Shown one piece after another: positions 18,274 through 28,175 of a DNA stretch of 64,000 nt (position 1 is the stretch's first letter; the number at the start of each line of letters is the position of its first letter). Position numbers and translations under genes: made by a program. Below the pieces are notes generated by a model. It saw only the letters and a program-made list of their open reading frames with translations, ran no database searches and was not told the DNA's origin. This stretch comes from Vicinamibacteria bacterium (GTDB taxonomy: Bacteria > Acidobacteriota > Vicinamibacteria > Vicinamibacterales > UBA8438), in the NCBI GenBank assembly GCA_963578805.1, contig CAUZDY010000003.1:514-64513 (forward strand), in the 5' to 3' direction.

Positions 18274-18756
18274 CTAATCCCGGAAGTTGATATATTGCAG
18301 CGGTAGTTCGATATCGGCCTCCTTGAGCAGACCGATCACCCCCTGGAGGATATCCCGCTTTTTCCCGGTGACCCTCAACTGATCACCCTGAACCGCCACC
18401 TGGACCTTGAGCTTAGCCTGTTTGACCAGCTTGACCAGCTGCCGCGCTAGCTCGGCGTCGAGCCCCTGACGGACACGAACGACCTGCCAGGCGTCACTCA
18501 CGTTCGTCTGCACGGTGTCGCGGGCCAGACAACGAACATTAATCTTACGATTCGCCAGCTTCCTCGTCAGAATGTCATACATCTGATTGAGCTGAAATTC
18601 GTCCGGCGCCCGCATAGTAATTTGACCTGGCTCAAGCTCGAATTTAGCGTTCTTCCCTTTGAAATCGAACCGAGTATCGATCTCCCGAGTTGCCTGGTTG
18701 ACCGCGTTCGTTACCTCGTTAAGATTGACTTCTGACACAACGTCAAATGATGGCAC
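18274..18756 (-). CDS. yajQ: YajQ-family nucleotide/cyclic-di-GMP-binding protein
   Basis: (M)PSFDVVSEVNLNEVTNAVNQATREIDTRFDFKGKNAKFEL...GDQLRVTGKKRDILQ is a full-length YajQ. I placed the start at GTG 18754-18756 rather than at the ORF's upstream ATG. Confidence 0.85.
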   Translation of the reverse strand: MPSFDVVSEVNLNEVTNAVNQATREIDTRFDFKGKNAKFELEPGQITMRAPDEFQLNQMYDILTRKLANRKINVRCLARDTVQTNVSDAWQVVRVRQGLDAELARQLVKLVKQAKLKVQVAVQGDQLRVTGKKRDILQGVIGLLKEADIELPLQYINFRD

Positions 18757-18980
18757 GCGTCCCCCCGCGGTCTTACCGCTTAACCAATTATACGGCCAAC
18801 AAAACAAACTCCTGCCACCCTGCCTACGACGAACAGTTGACTGACAAGGTTCCGGCGGCGGTCGCGCGGTCACTTTTTCCGAAAACACCGACGTCCCTCC
18901 AGTCCCTCGGTAAACGACTCAGAGGGCACTCCACTAGTGTCGCGAGTACGAGCGACCGATAAGACAACGCAGGAGGACCG

Positions 18981-19841
18981 GTGAATCACCAGCCTCGGAC
19001 GCTACGCGTCTGTCTCCTCACAGCCCTCACCATCGGTCTCACACCCGTAGGTGGTCCCGTGTGGACATCCGCTCAGACCGCACCGGAACGTAACGCCCTG
19101 GTCGAGGTCTCGCTCATGAGTTCGGACGACCACGTCGTGGTCGGTTTAGTCGGCAGCCAGGCGCTGTCGGGCGAGGTCCGTGAAATCAGGACCGCCCCGT
19201 TCCGAGTCTTTGTCGACTTCGTTAACGTTGTGCCGAGGGTAGACGCCGTGACACCGGTAAATCGCGGTGGGGTCAGACAGGTGCGGGTCGCACTGAACCA
19301 GACCGACCCGCCGGTCACCCGCGTCGTCCTCGACTTGACACACCGGTCAAGCTACCGGGTGGAAGAAGACCCGTATGACCACGAATTTCGAATCATCATC
19401 GGCTCCGCCGCCGTCTTGACGACCGCCCTATCGGATACCCCGGTGGAGTTGACGGCCCCGACCAGCCTCGGTGTCCCGTCGACAGCCTCGGAAGAGTACG
19501 TGCGCTGGTTTAACCGATTCGCCAAGGACGTCGAACGCCTACTGTCCCACCATTCGGCGCCCATGGCGGAAGACACAGCCCCGGAGATGACTGCTGTTCT
19601 TGAGTGGCAGCGTCTGCAGCACGAGCTGGAGATGGTGACTCCCCCGTCTGCGCTGCAGACGGCACATCACCTTGTTGCGACTGCGATTGGCCTCGGTCGG
19701 GTCAGCGCGACTTCGGAACTCGATGACTCCACTCAAGAGCGTGACCACGACGCGGCACGCGCAGGCGCGGCATTGCTCATTACTCGAGCTCGGCACCTCG
19801 TCAAAATTGAACTCGCCGCAAGCTCAGACAGCGATCCATAG
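18981..19841 (+). CDS. AMIN domain-containing protein, secreted
   Basis: A signal peptide, then VVGLVGSQALSGEVREIRTAPFRVFVDFVNVVP...GVRQVRVALNQTDPPVTRVVLDLT, which is AMIN-like. GTG start. Confidence 0.6.
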   Translation: MNHQPRTLRVCLLTALTIGLTPVGGPVWTSAQTAPERNALVEVSLMSSDDHVVVGLVGSQALSGEVREIRTAPFRVFVDFVNVVPRVDAVTPVNRGGVRQVRVALNQTDPPVTRVVLDLTHRSSYRVEEDPYDHEFRIIIGSAAVLTTALSDTPVELTAPTSLGVPSTASEEYVRWFNRFAKDVERLLSHHSAPMAEDTAPEMTAVLEWQRLQHELEMVTPPSALQTAHHLVATAIGLGRVSATSELDDSTQERDHDAARAGAALLITRARHLVKIELAASSDSDP

Positions 19842-20119
19842 TTATCAGCACGTGACACACGGGCATCGGTCGCCGACAGCTGCTAGGCTTCTGCCACGCG
19901 AGGCCGCTTAAAGGGGGGGCGGTGACTCGCTGCCGTTACCGTTGCAGACCTAGCTAATCAGGACCGGCACCGGTGTTCACTAAACCACGACTGCCTTAAG
20001 TTGACACACCGAGGCGTCTCCTCGTGCGACTATGGAATAGACGAGCCCCGCCGCACTTCGACGACATCGGCCATGCGCCCAACGAGCTTAAAAAGCGGAA
20101 TCTCGTGAATCTTGGCTCG

Positions 20120-20521
20120 CTACTCAAGACCGAGCCTAAAATTTCCGGTGGACCGACCTGATCGCATGGAGGACATGACCCCAGATCGGGATTCTGGCTC
20201 GCCTAACGGCATCGCGTCTGGGAAAGTGCAGCCGGTCTCGCCCAGCTTAAGCCGCAGCGAAATGTCTGGTGCTGTCCTGGGCTCGGTGTCGTCCAGAAGC
20301 AGCCGGAATGGCGAGTCGGGAAGAGGCGGTGAGTCGTCAGCCTCGGCAAGTGCCAAGCGTAGCGGCGGCGGCTGTGTCGGGATAACCCGAACCCAAGGGC
20401 TCGCCTCCCACCCTGGCGTTCGCACGCCACATCGGAAACATTGGAGATACACACGACCACCACCTTGACTCAGACGGTAGTCATGTTGTCGCCGGATCAA
20501 GCAAAAGAGACGGTCAAACAT
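20120..20521 (-). CDS. Hypothetical protein (the N-terminus resembles small zinc-ribbon proteins; the rest is Pro-rich and probably disordered)
   Basis: MFDRLFCLIRRQHDYRL...LQCFRCGVRTPGWE. The extent of true coding sequence is uncertain. Confidence 0.3.
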   Translation of the reverse strand: MFDRLFCLIRRQHDYRLSQGGGRVYLQCFRCGVRTPGWEASPWVRVIPTQPPPLRLALAEADDSPPLPDSPFRLLLDDTEPRTAPDISLRLKLGETGCTFPDAMPLGEPESRSGVMSSMRSGRSTGNFRLGLE

Positions 20522-20611
20522 CCCAAAGCAGCTGGGCGGATTCTATTGCAGCTCGCGCCCAGGACCTAGCGATCAATCGAGCCGTCATCGATCAAGAGGA
20601 CGGCTGGAGCA

Positions 20612-21466
20612 TTAGTGGGTCATGGCGTGGAGAAGGACGTTAACGCCCAGACCGTATCCATCGGGCGAGAACTTCAAAAAAAAGCGAGGGTCGTCAGCTT
20701 CGCGCTCCCACGCATCGGCAATGTCAGTGTTGTGCGTCATGACCACGAGAAACCGGCCGCTTTCGTCGGCGATAGCGCGGAAGTGTGGCACCGCACTGTC
20801 GGCACCTCGTTCCGACGTCGTCCGTCCGCCGACACGGCGCCAGAACTGGATCGCGGTGATCTGCGGCACCGACGTGACGTGGGTCAAGGTTCGAAATACG
20901 GGATGATCAAGAGGAACGTCGATAATCGGATACCGCCCAGGCGGAAGAACCTTGGCGATTTCGCTAGTCCAGTGCTGCCACGCGCGCGAACCCCAGAAGT
21001 CATCAACCCACAAAAAGCCACCCTTAAGTAGGTACGCGCGAAGTTGCTGGACCTCCTCAGTATTAAATTCGATTGTGCCGACGTCGGCTGCCATCGTGAA
21101 CGGGCAATTAAAGAGTTCGTCATCGGTGACCCTGACGACCCAGTGGTTTGGCTCTTGCCGGCTATCGAAACTGACGCGAGCGGTCGTCAACTCCGAGTAG
21201 CGTGCCATGAGATTGATGCCTGCATACGGATAGTCGGTTGCCCATCCCATCCCCAACGCCTCGTATCGGACACTGTTGTACATCAGCTTGCAAAAGGCGA
21301 AGTCCCTATCCGGGAGCGTAGACGGAGGGAACCGCGGGGGAAAATTTCCCTCTCCAACACCACCCCAGCGTCCCCATTGAGCCTGCGCTACCGGAACCAG
21401 ACCACAGACAACCACCAGAATAACCAGCAAACGGAGGGTGTGCCATCGGATCGTCACGCGACTCAT
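20612..21466 (-). CDS. DUF4159 domain-containing protein
   Basis: FAFCKLMYNSVRYEALGMGWATDYPYAGINL...LLKGGFLWVDDFWG...W. I placed the start at the internal ATG 21464-21466 (MSRVTIRWHTLRLLVILVVVCGL). Confidence 0.8.
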   Translation of the reverse strand: MSRVTIRWHTLRLLVILVVVCGLVPVAQAQWGRWGGVGEGNFPPRFPPSTLPDRDFAFCKLMYNSVRYEALGMGWATDYPYAGINLMARYSELTTARVSFDSRQEPNHWVVRVTDDELFNCPFTMAADVGTIEFNTEEVQQLRAYLLKGGFLWVDDFWGSRAWQHWTSEIAKVLPPGRYPIIDVPLDHPVFRTLTHVTSVPQITAIQFWRRVGGRTTSERGADSAVPHFRAIADESGRFLVVMTHNTDIADAWEREADDPRFFLKFSPDGYGLGVNVLLHAMTH

Positions 21467-21543
21467 AGGACGGTTATACACGCTCACGTCGGCACGCGCC
21501 AATTGTGATGCCGGAAGAGCGGTAACGATGACCGGTTCCTTGA

Positions 21544-21885
21544 ATGGGAGCGAAGGGTAGGAGCGGGACAAGACGCGACTGGGTCGAGCGAAAGGCCGGG
21601 TGCTACGCACCCAGCCTCAAGACACCCGCTGTGGACGCCGTGTACTACGACAACACTCTGACGACTATCAGAGAGGTCACGAACGGTCATGATGAGGAGT
21701 TCGTGGACGACGGTATCATTACGAGCGTCGAAGTCGCTCCGGACGAACGCGGGCAAAATTCCATCTTGCCCAGGTTGTTCGACCGCCTCCACAAATTTAC
21801 AGTGAACGAGCTCGAGGGCGACAATGTGACCGCTGGTCCTGCGTTATCACGGAGCGGTTTCCTGACCGCAGCGAACCCGTCCTAG
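21544..21885 (+). CDS. Possible hypothetical protein
   Basis: The third codon positions in this frame are clearly GC-enriched from about 21630 onward (VDAVYYDNTLTTIREVTNGHDEEFVDDG...). I recognised no family, and the start is unclear. Confidence 0.25.
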   Translation: MGAKGRSGTRRDWVERKAGCYAPSLKTPAVDAVYYDNTLTTIREVTNGHDEEFVDDGIITSVEVAPDERGQNSILPRLFDRLHKFTVNELEGDNVTAGPALSRSGFLTAANPS

Positions 21886-22024
21886 TGTGGCAAATACAAC
21901 AGCTTTGTACACCGAGGGTGGCAAGGGTGAAGCGTAAGAATACTGAGTATGTTTGAACGATACGTAGCGGCGACAGGCTGGATGCAGCGCCAGCCGAATA
22001 TCTAGATCTTTGGCACTCATCACA

Positions 22025-22996
22025 CTAGTCCCAGGCCTCTCCCCACTGCACCTTGCGGGCGCGTCGATAGGCCACCCGATCGCGGCGCGTGATCATCTGC
22101 TCGCGAATTCCATCAACGCCACACAACCTCAACGTCACGCGGCGGTCACCAGTCAGCGGGCGACGGATTAGACGCTCGGAAGCCGGGCTCCCCGCGCCCC
22201 GAGTTCCAACAACGTAGCAGTACTTCTCGTCTTCGTACGAGAACGCCCCATCCTTGAGTCGTCGGTGCAGACTCGACCGATTCAGCCGCACACCGAAATG
22301 ACACCAGTCGTCCTCAGGAAGGGGGCATCGATCTGCGTGGGGACACGGTGCGACGACCGATGCGCCGAGCGACAGCAGCTCGCGGCGGGCCTCGAGCATC
22401 GTGCGAAACCCCCGGGTCGAACCGGGTAAAATTACCACCACTGCGCCACGACACGCCTGCCACGCTGTGTGGAGCACGTCACGCTGTAGGTCTTCGTTTA
22501 ACTCAGTCAACAGATAACCGACCACCACAAGGTCGTGTCCGTCTAGCGACGGGACGGCACCGAGGCCGTCATGCCACGTCGCCTCGATCCGGTCGCCGAG
22601 CGAGGAGCACTCAAGTAGCCTCTGGCCCATGCTCCGCATAGCCGGATCACGCTCGATCAGCCGCGCACGCACAAGTTGAGGGAACTCCACATCAGCCGCC
22701 CAGAGCGTGGTTGCGGGACCCGCACCGAGGTCCAGCAGTGTCTCCACGCTCAGACCATCGCATCGCTCGCGAAGCTCGTGAAAGACAGCCCGAGTGGCCG
22801 CGAACGTCGCGGGCATCCTAGTGGTGGCATAGGCAAGGGCAGCTAGATCGTTGAACGCTGGAGACATCGACGGGCCGTCCCGATACGCAACCGAGAGTCG
22901 TGCCGCCGCCGCGTGTAAGTCGCTAACAGAGACGCCGGTAGCCGCGGCGTCGAGAGCCTGCCTGAGCTCCAACGGGAGCAAACAGTCATCGGTCAC
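22025..22996 (-). CDS. Rsm22-like SAM-dependent methyltransferase
   Basis: LLDLGAGPATTLWAA is the SAM motif. The Cys-rich C-terminal part (CPHADRCPL..DDWCHF) is typical of the Rsm22 family. Confidence 0.7.
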   Translation of the reverse strand: MTDDCLLPLELRQALDAAATGVSVSDLHAAAARLSVAYRDGPSMSPAFNDLAALAYATTRMPATFAATRAVFHELRERCDGLSVETLLDLGAGPATTLWAADVEFPQLVRARLIERDPAMRSMGQRLLECSSLGDRIEATWHDGLGAVPSLDGHDLVVVGYLLTELNEDLQRDVLHTAWQACRGAVVVILPGSTRGFRTMLEARRELLSLGASVVAPCPHADRCPLPEDDWCHFGVRLNRSSLHRRLKDGAFSYEDEKYCYVVGTRGAGSPASERLIRRPLTGDRRVTLRLCGVDGIREQMITRRDRVAYRRARKVQWGEAWD

Positions 22997-23128
22997 AGGT
23001 AGACGTTGTTACAGGTCGAGAGCCGTCGGTCAAAGATAGTCGAGAGTACGAAGTCGTAGAGCGCCTCGCGATAACGGCCCACGGCTGATGATCCGGGACG
23101 TGCTACTACGCCAGACCCATGACCTTCC

Positions 23129-25105
23129 CTACGGGAGACTGAACGCGACATGCCGCGGGGGCGCCTCGTCGTCCCCGGCGACACCCACGACGATGTATTG
23201 CTTCCCCTCGTGGAGATAGGTGATCGGGGCACCGGTGGTGCCGGCAGATAGCTCGTGCTCCCAGACAACATCGCCAGTCGCCTTATCATACGCGCGGAAC
23301 CAAGGCTCACCGTAGTTCGTCACGATCTCAGCAGGCATGCCAACTGGCACCCGTCCACCGCTGTTGCGCGCGTCGGAACCCTCGCCCACAAAGAGAAGCG
23401 ACCCGGTAGCGAGCGGTGAGGGACGACCGGGCCACCCGAGCCGTCCTAAATTGAGATGGCGGATTGCCGGGTGGTTTCGCGGACCGTTGCCGTTCGGTAC
23501 CTGCCAGACGATCTCAGCCCGGTTCATGTCAATCGCCGTGATGCGACCATAAGGCGGTTTAAACAGCGGGAGGCCACGCGGTCCGCCGATCCACAGACGA
23601 GTTCCCTTTACGAAGCTCAGATTCGTTCGGTCGGGATTCCCCTCGAGAACGTCCGCCACGAACGGCGCCGTGATCGAGGGAATATAGAGAATGTTGGTTG
23701 CGGGGTCGAAAGCAGCACCCTGCACATCGGCACCACCCTGCGACCCCGGCAGCTGAATCGTCCCGAGGTTGCCGTCCGGTTCGTCGGTGCGGACCGATGG
23801 CGGCGTGAACATAGGTCCGATGGTGTAGCGCTCAACAATCTCCAATGCTTCGGCCCTGAGCTCTGGGGTGAAGTCGATCAGGTTGTCGATCGTCGCGCCT
23901 TGGCGGTCGAACGCTGGCGGCTTCGTGGGGAACGGCTGCGTCGGTGACGTCACCTCACCCGGCGTCGTCGACTGTGGGACGGGCCGCTCCTCAATCGGCC
24001 ACACCGGATCTCCCGTCACGCGATCAAAGACGTAGGCGAACGCCTGCTTGGTGATCTGTGTGACGGCCTTGATGGTACGGCCATCAACCTCGATGTCCAT
24101 CAAGATGGGAGCGGCCGGCGGATCATAGTCCCACAGACCGTGATGGACGAGCTGAAAGTGCCACACGCGCTCCCCCGTCGTCGCATCGACACACACGAGA
24201 CTCTGGCTAAAGAGGTTGTCACCAACCCGATGGCCACCAAACATATCGTTCGTCGACGAGGTCACCGGGAGGTAAACGTAACCGAGTTCCTCGTCGGCAC
24301 TAAATAGCGACCAGACCGGTGCGTGACCGCTGTATTGCCACGAGTCGTCCTCCCACGTGGAGGTCCCAAATTCGCCCACCTGCGGAACGGTGTGAAACAC
24401 CCAGCGTAACTCCCCGGTTCGTACATCGAAGGCCCGTACGTCGCCACGAACATCCTCCTTGGTCACGAACGTATCCGACATCGACTGCCCCACCACGATG
24501 ACGTCTCGAATCACCGTAGGAGCACCGCCCCACCGATATCGCGCGCCCTCCGCCAATCCTGTCGTTAGATCGACCCGCCCACCATCGCCGAAATCGTCGA
24601 AGGGTCGACCGGTCTGACTGTCAAGCTCGATGAGCCACTGGCCGCGCTGCACGATGATCCGCTGGTCGTCACCATCGGCCCAATATGCGACACCGCGGGT
24701 CACCGTTCCGCGAAACGACGCCGGCGGATCGTCGAACGGCTGCTGCACCCAGACGGTTTCGCCGGTGCCCGGATCGAATGCTTCGACCAAGCCTACCCCG
24801 TTGGGGCTATAGAGCACGCCATCGACCATCAGAGGAGCGGCAATAAAATTGTTGCCATAACTCAGGTCGGGAACCACGTCGAGAATGGACCGATCGACGG
24901 CGACCCGTTCCCACGCGACCTCCAAGTCTTGGACATTGTCTCGAGCGATCTGGTCGAGCGGTGAGTATTTGGTCGCAGCGAGATCGCCCGCATAGTGGCG
25001 CCACTGATCACCGGGGCTCTGCGCAAGCACTTGAGCTACACCAAGACTGAACAGAAAGAGTAGGCAGGCGAAGAGTGATCCCAACAGGTTTCTAGCCAAA
25101 GCCAT
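23129..25105 (-). CDS. PQQ-dependent dehydrogenase (soluble glucose/sugar dehydrogenase-like beta-propeller), secreted; paralog of 9890..11833
   Basis: A 658-aa ORF with a signal peptide. DQWRHYAGDLAATKYSPLDQIARDNVQDLEVAW... is colinear with the other copy down to the C-terminal ...WEHELSAGTTGAPITYLHEGKQYIV. Confidence 0.85.
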   Translation of the reverse strand: MALARNLLGSLFACLLFLFSLGVAQVLAQSPGDQWRHYAGDLAATKYSPLDQIARDNVQDLEVAWERVAVDRSILDVVPDLSYGNNFIAAPLMVDGVLYSPNGVGLVEAFDPGTGETVWVQQPFDDPPASFRGTVTRGVAYWADGDDQRIIVQRGQWLIELDSQTGRPFDDFGDGGRVDLTTGLAEGARYRWGGAPTVIRDVIVVGQSMSDTFVTKEDVRGDVRAFDVRTGELRWVFHTVPQVGEFGTSTWEDDSWQYSGHAPVWSLFSADEELGYVYLPVTSSTNDMFGGHRVGDNLFSQSLVCVDATTGERVWHFQLVHHGLWDYDPPAAPILMDIEVDGRTIKAVTQITKQAFAYVFDRVTGDPVWPIEERPVPQSTTPGEVTSPTQPFPTKPPAFDRQGATIDNLIDFTPELRAEALEIVERYTIGPMFTPPSVRTDEPDGNLGTIQLPGSQGGADVQGAAFDPATNILYIPSITAPFVADVLEGNPDRTNLSFVKGTRLWIGGPRGLPLFKPPYGRITAIDMNRAEIVWQVPNGNGPRNHPAIRHLNLGRLGWPGRPSPLATGSLLFVGEGSDARNSGGRVPVGMPAEIVTNYGEPWFRAYDKATGDVVWEHELSAGTTGAPITYLHEGKQYIVVGVAGDDEAPPRHVAFSLP

Positions 25106-25160
25106 CTGTACACCTCCCTTGCTGGTGGAGCGGATTATAACGGAGCCGACGGTTGAATCC

Positions 25161-25613
25161 TTATTTGCTCCGACGACGGTATCTACGGCTGTTGGCCGGC
25201 CAATCGAGCTTCAGGAAACCTCTTGACGATCGCACTGCAGTTGAGCGGCACCCGGTCCCAGAAAAAACCTGTCCACGGACCAATGTGAGCGAACCGGTTC
25301 GACGCACAACCTCGCAGACCGACTCGACACGGTCGCCTACTCGGCCCGCCGCCACGAACTCACAGCTGAACGACACCGTCACACATTTCTCTCCCGGCTG
25401 GTCCCAGACCGCTGTGAGACAGACAGTCTAATCAGAAAAAGTTATCAGCATCCCGCCATGCAGGCTGTCGATCGAGTTGCGATGGTGCGGCTGAGCATCG
25501 AAGACAAACGAGACTCGCCTAGCATCCATTCTGTATCCCAACGGACCCACACGATCTTCGAACGGATCTGTGTAGTCGTAGGAACGGTAGCCAGGCGGCA
25601 GCACTGTCGGCAT
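25161..25613 (-). pseudogene. PaaI/hotdog-fold thioesterase interrupted by a single in-frame TAG (25428-25430)
   Basis: ...NSIDSLHGGMLITFSD[TAG]TVCLTAVWDQPGEKCVTVSFSCEFVAAGRVGDRVESVCEVVRRTGSLTLVRG... The frame is the same on both sides and the hotdog motifs are intact. The two halves appear in the ORF track as 25428..25676 and 25161..25382. I assumed the start at the internal Met (25613) to avoid overlapping the HAD gene. Confidence 0.55.
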
Positions 25614-25630
25614 GAGGCAAGAATTGGCAA

Positions 25631-26290
25631 CTACGGACGAGGCAAGGACCTGATCTCCATCGGGTGGGTCAGCCAATAGTCGGGGACCTGCCGTGCCAGC
25701 TCAGCCCGAGGAAATGGTCCCCACAACGCCGCCGCCGTCAGCACCTCAGCCGCCCTTCCGGCCGCCATATCGTGCGGCGAATCGCCAATGAAGACAGTGT
25801 CGCCTGCATTGGCTGACAATTTGGAGAGTGCCTCAACGACAGGCGCAGGGTGCGGCTTATATTGGTCAACGTCGTCGACCGTCACACACGCATCAAAGTA
25901 GCCCTCGAGACCGCACAACCGCAGACCGCGTTGCATGGCACGGCGGTTTTTACTCGTGACGATCCCCATCTTGGCATCCGTTCCCCGCAGGTCTTCGAGC
26001 GCATCAGGAATTCCCGGATACGCCTCGACCATGCGGTCGTGATGAATATCGTTGAACTCGACATACGTCGCCCGCATAGCGTCAGCCTCACGGGCGTCAC
26101 GGGCAAACCTATCGAGCTGAGTCCGAAGGGGTGTGCCAAACCCTGCCCGCCAGGTATGGTCTGCTGGCACCTCGCCAAGATGTGCCACCATGGTGTGACG
26201 GAATGACGACATGATCAACTCGATCGAATCGATCAGTGTCCCGTCCAGGTCGAAGAGATAGGTGGAGAAGGCTCGCTGGTTGGCTGCCAC
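25631..26290 (-). CDS. HAD-IA family hydrolase (phosphoglycolate phosphatase/PpaX-like)
   Basis: YLFDLDGTLIDS (motif I), VTSK (motif II) and FIGDSPHD (motif III). Confidence 0.85.
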   Translation of the reverse strand: MAANQRAFSTYLFDLDGTLIDSIELIMSSFRHTMVAHLGEVPADHTWRAGFGTPLRTQLDRFARDAREADAMRATYVEFNDIHHDRMVEAYPGIPDALEDLRGTDAKMGIVTSKNRRAMQRGLRLCGLEGYFDACVTVDDVDQYKPHPAPVVEALSKLSANAGDTVFIGDSPHDMAAGRAAEVLTAAALWGPFPRAELARQVPDYWLTHPMEIRSLPRP

Positions 26291-26418
26291 AGCTCATTAT
26301 ATCCACTCACTCCTCTGTCGGGCGTGTGGCACAACTCGGTCGCTCGTCGGTACGACACGCCGTCGAATACCGACAAGCGCCAGACACAGCGGTGAAGGCG
26401 ACGCCACCGCGCTCGTGC

Positions 26419-27381
26419 TTAACTGGCCAATCCAAGCGTCGGCAACATCCCCAACCCTAAGGAATAGAAGAGGTAAAGAATCAACAGGCCCACACCCGCG
26501 CGCCGTCCAACATGGCCGTTACGCCGAACCAGAAAGATCAGTGTTCCGAAAAAGACTGCCATCCACGGAAAGGCGTACCATTGTGTGAACCTATCGAGCG
26601 CAAGGGGTTGGATGGTGCCGGACACACCAACAATCAGGAACAGGTTGAGCACGTTCGCACCGATGATGTTCCCGAGTGAGAGGTCCGGGACGCCCTTGCG
26701 TGCCGCCGACACACCCGTCACAAGCTCCGGAAGCGAGGTCCCGAGAACAACGACCGAGAAGCCGATGATGGCGGAAGGTACCCCGAGCACCGCGGCAACG
26801 CTCTGACCCGAGGTGACCAATAGCCCAGACCCGACAATGATCAACCCGGCTCCCAATACGAACAGGCCGGCCAACCGGACCAAGGCCGCACGTTCCTCCG
26901 TAGAGGGCGGCGTCCTATCTTGGCCGGCCCGCATCCGCCGGATGGCCAAATAGTCCCAAACCAAGTATGCGACAGCTACCATTAGCAGCACGGCCCCCAG
27001 CGGTCGGCTGAGCGTCCGGTCGAGCGAGAAGATCACAACCAACGCTCCACCCGCCGACATCCATAGCGAACGGTTGGCGAAATCCCGCGCCCCCGCACTC
27101 ACCGGCACCATGATCGCCACAGTCCCGACAATCAGACCGATGTTGCAGATGCACGATCCCACGGCATTGCCCAGGGCGATGCCCGAATCGCCAATCGTGC
27201 TGGCGGTAGCCGAAACGACGAGTTCAGGGGTCGTCGTTGCGAGACTCACCAATGTGCCACCAACGATGAAGCGGGGAACATTGAGTGCCCGACCGATATG
27301 GACACTCGAATCGACAAACATATCGCCACCCTTGGCGATGAGAATGAACCCGGCGATCAGCAGGAAGATGTCAAGGGCCAC
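26419..27381 (-). CDS. Calcium/sodium antiporter (CaCA/YrbG family)
   Basis: Two alpha-repeats, GNAVGSCICNIGLIVG and GNIIGANVLNLFLIVG. The protein is polytopic. Confidence 0.85.
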   Translation of the reverse strand: MALDIFLLIAGFILIAKGGDMFVDSSVHIGRALNVPRFIVGGTLVSLATTTPELVVSATASTIGDSGIALGNAVGSCICNIGLIVGTVAIMVPVSAGARDFANRSLWMSAGGALVVIFSLDRTLSRPLGAVLLMVAVAYLVWDYLAIRRMRAGQDRTPPSTEERAALVRLAGLFVLGAGLIIVGSGLLVTSGQSVAAVLGVPSAIIGFSVVVLGTSLPELVTGVSAARKGVPDLSLGNIIGANVLNLFLIVGVSGTIQPLALDRFTQWYAFPWMAVFFGTLIFLVRRNGHVGRRAGVGLLILYLFYSLGLGMLPTLGLAS

Positions 27382-27399
27382 GGGAGAAGTGGTCTCAGG

Positions 27400-28119
27400 T
27401 CAGAGTTCAAGAAACAGTACCACTGCGCCACTCGCAGCGACAACAAGACCTGCGACGAGGTCGGCCGCGCGCGTCAAGCCTGGACGGAGAACAGCGGGAC
27501 ACAATCGGTACCCGATGGTGACGGTGACGCTCATCGTCACCACAGTCAAAATTCCGAATATCGCGACGACGGCCGCCAACACTCCCCAGGCTCCGCTCAT
27601 CGCCGGGACGACCATGAGCGGAATTAGTGGTTCACAGGGACCAAACAGGAAGATGATGAATAGCGCCCACGGGGTCAGGTTCGTCGGCATACCGTGGGGG
27701 TGGAGATGCTCTCCCTCATGCGCATGCAGATGGTTGTGCACCGTACCGTCGGCATGAACGTGCGGGTGCGAATGAGTCGCCCCTCGAAGGAGGTGCCAAA
27801 CTGCCCACGCCGCATAGGCCAGGCCAAAACCGATTAGCAGGGTTGCCGCCACTTGACCACGGGCCGATTCAACCCACATGAGCGAATCAAGCGTCACTCC
27901 CGCCGCGGCTCCGAGTCCACCAATGGCGACCGACGACACGACATGTCCAATGCCACACACGATGGTCACCGCGATCGTGCGTGCGAGCGACCATCGGCGC
28001 GAACGGCCCAGCACTATGAACGGCACCGAGTGGTCGATGCCCAGAAGGGCGTGGGCGACCGCCACCGTCGCCGTGGTCCCGAGCAGTACCGACGTCGCGT
28101 CTTCGAGTAGTTCGAACAT
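27400..28119 (-). CDS. Polytopic membrane protein with a His-rich loop; putative Ni/Co (NicO/UreH-like) metal transporter
   Basis: AHALLGIDHSVPF resembles the HxxxxDH signature but with different spacing. The central loop reads HSHPHVHADGTVHNHLHAHEGEHLHPHG. The family assignment is tentative. Confidence 0.5.
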   Translation of the reverse strand: MFELLEDATSVLLGTTATVAVAHALLGIDHSVPFIVLGRSRRWSLARTIAVTIVCGIGHVVSSVAIGGLGAAAGVTLDSLMWVESARGQVAATLLIGFGLAYAAWAVWHLLRGATHSHPHVHADGTVHNHLHAHEGEHLHPHGMPTNLTPWALFIIFLFGPCEPLIPLMVVPAMSGAWGVLAAVVAIFGILTVVTMSVTVTIGYRLCPAVLRPGLTRAADLVAGLVVAASGAVVLFLEL

Positions 28120-28175
28120 CTGGGACTGGTTGACGCTGTGACCCGGCTGTGTTGAAGTACGCGGAGGTCCACATT

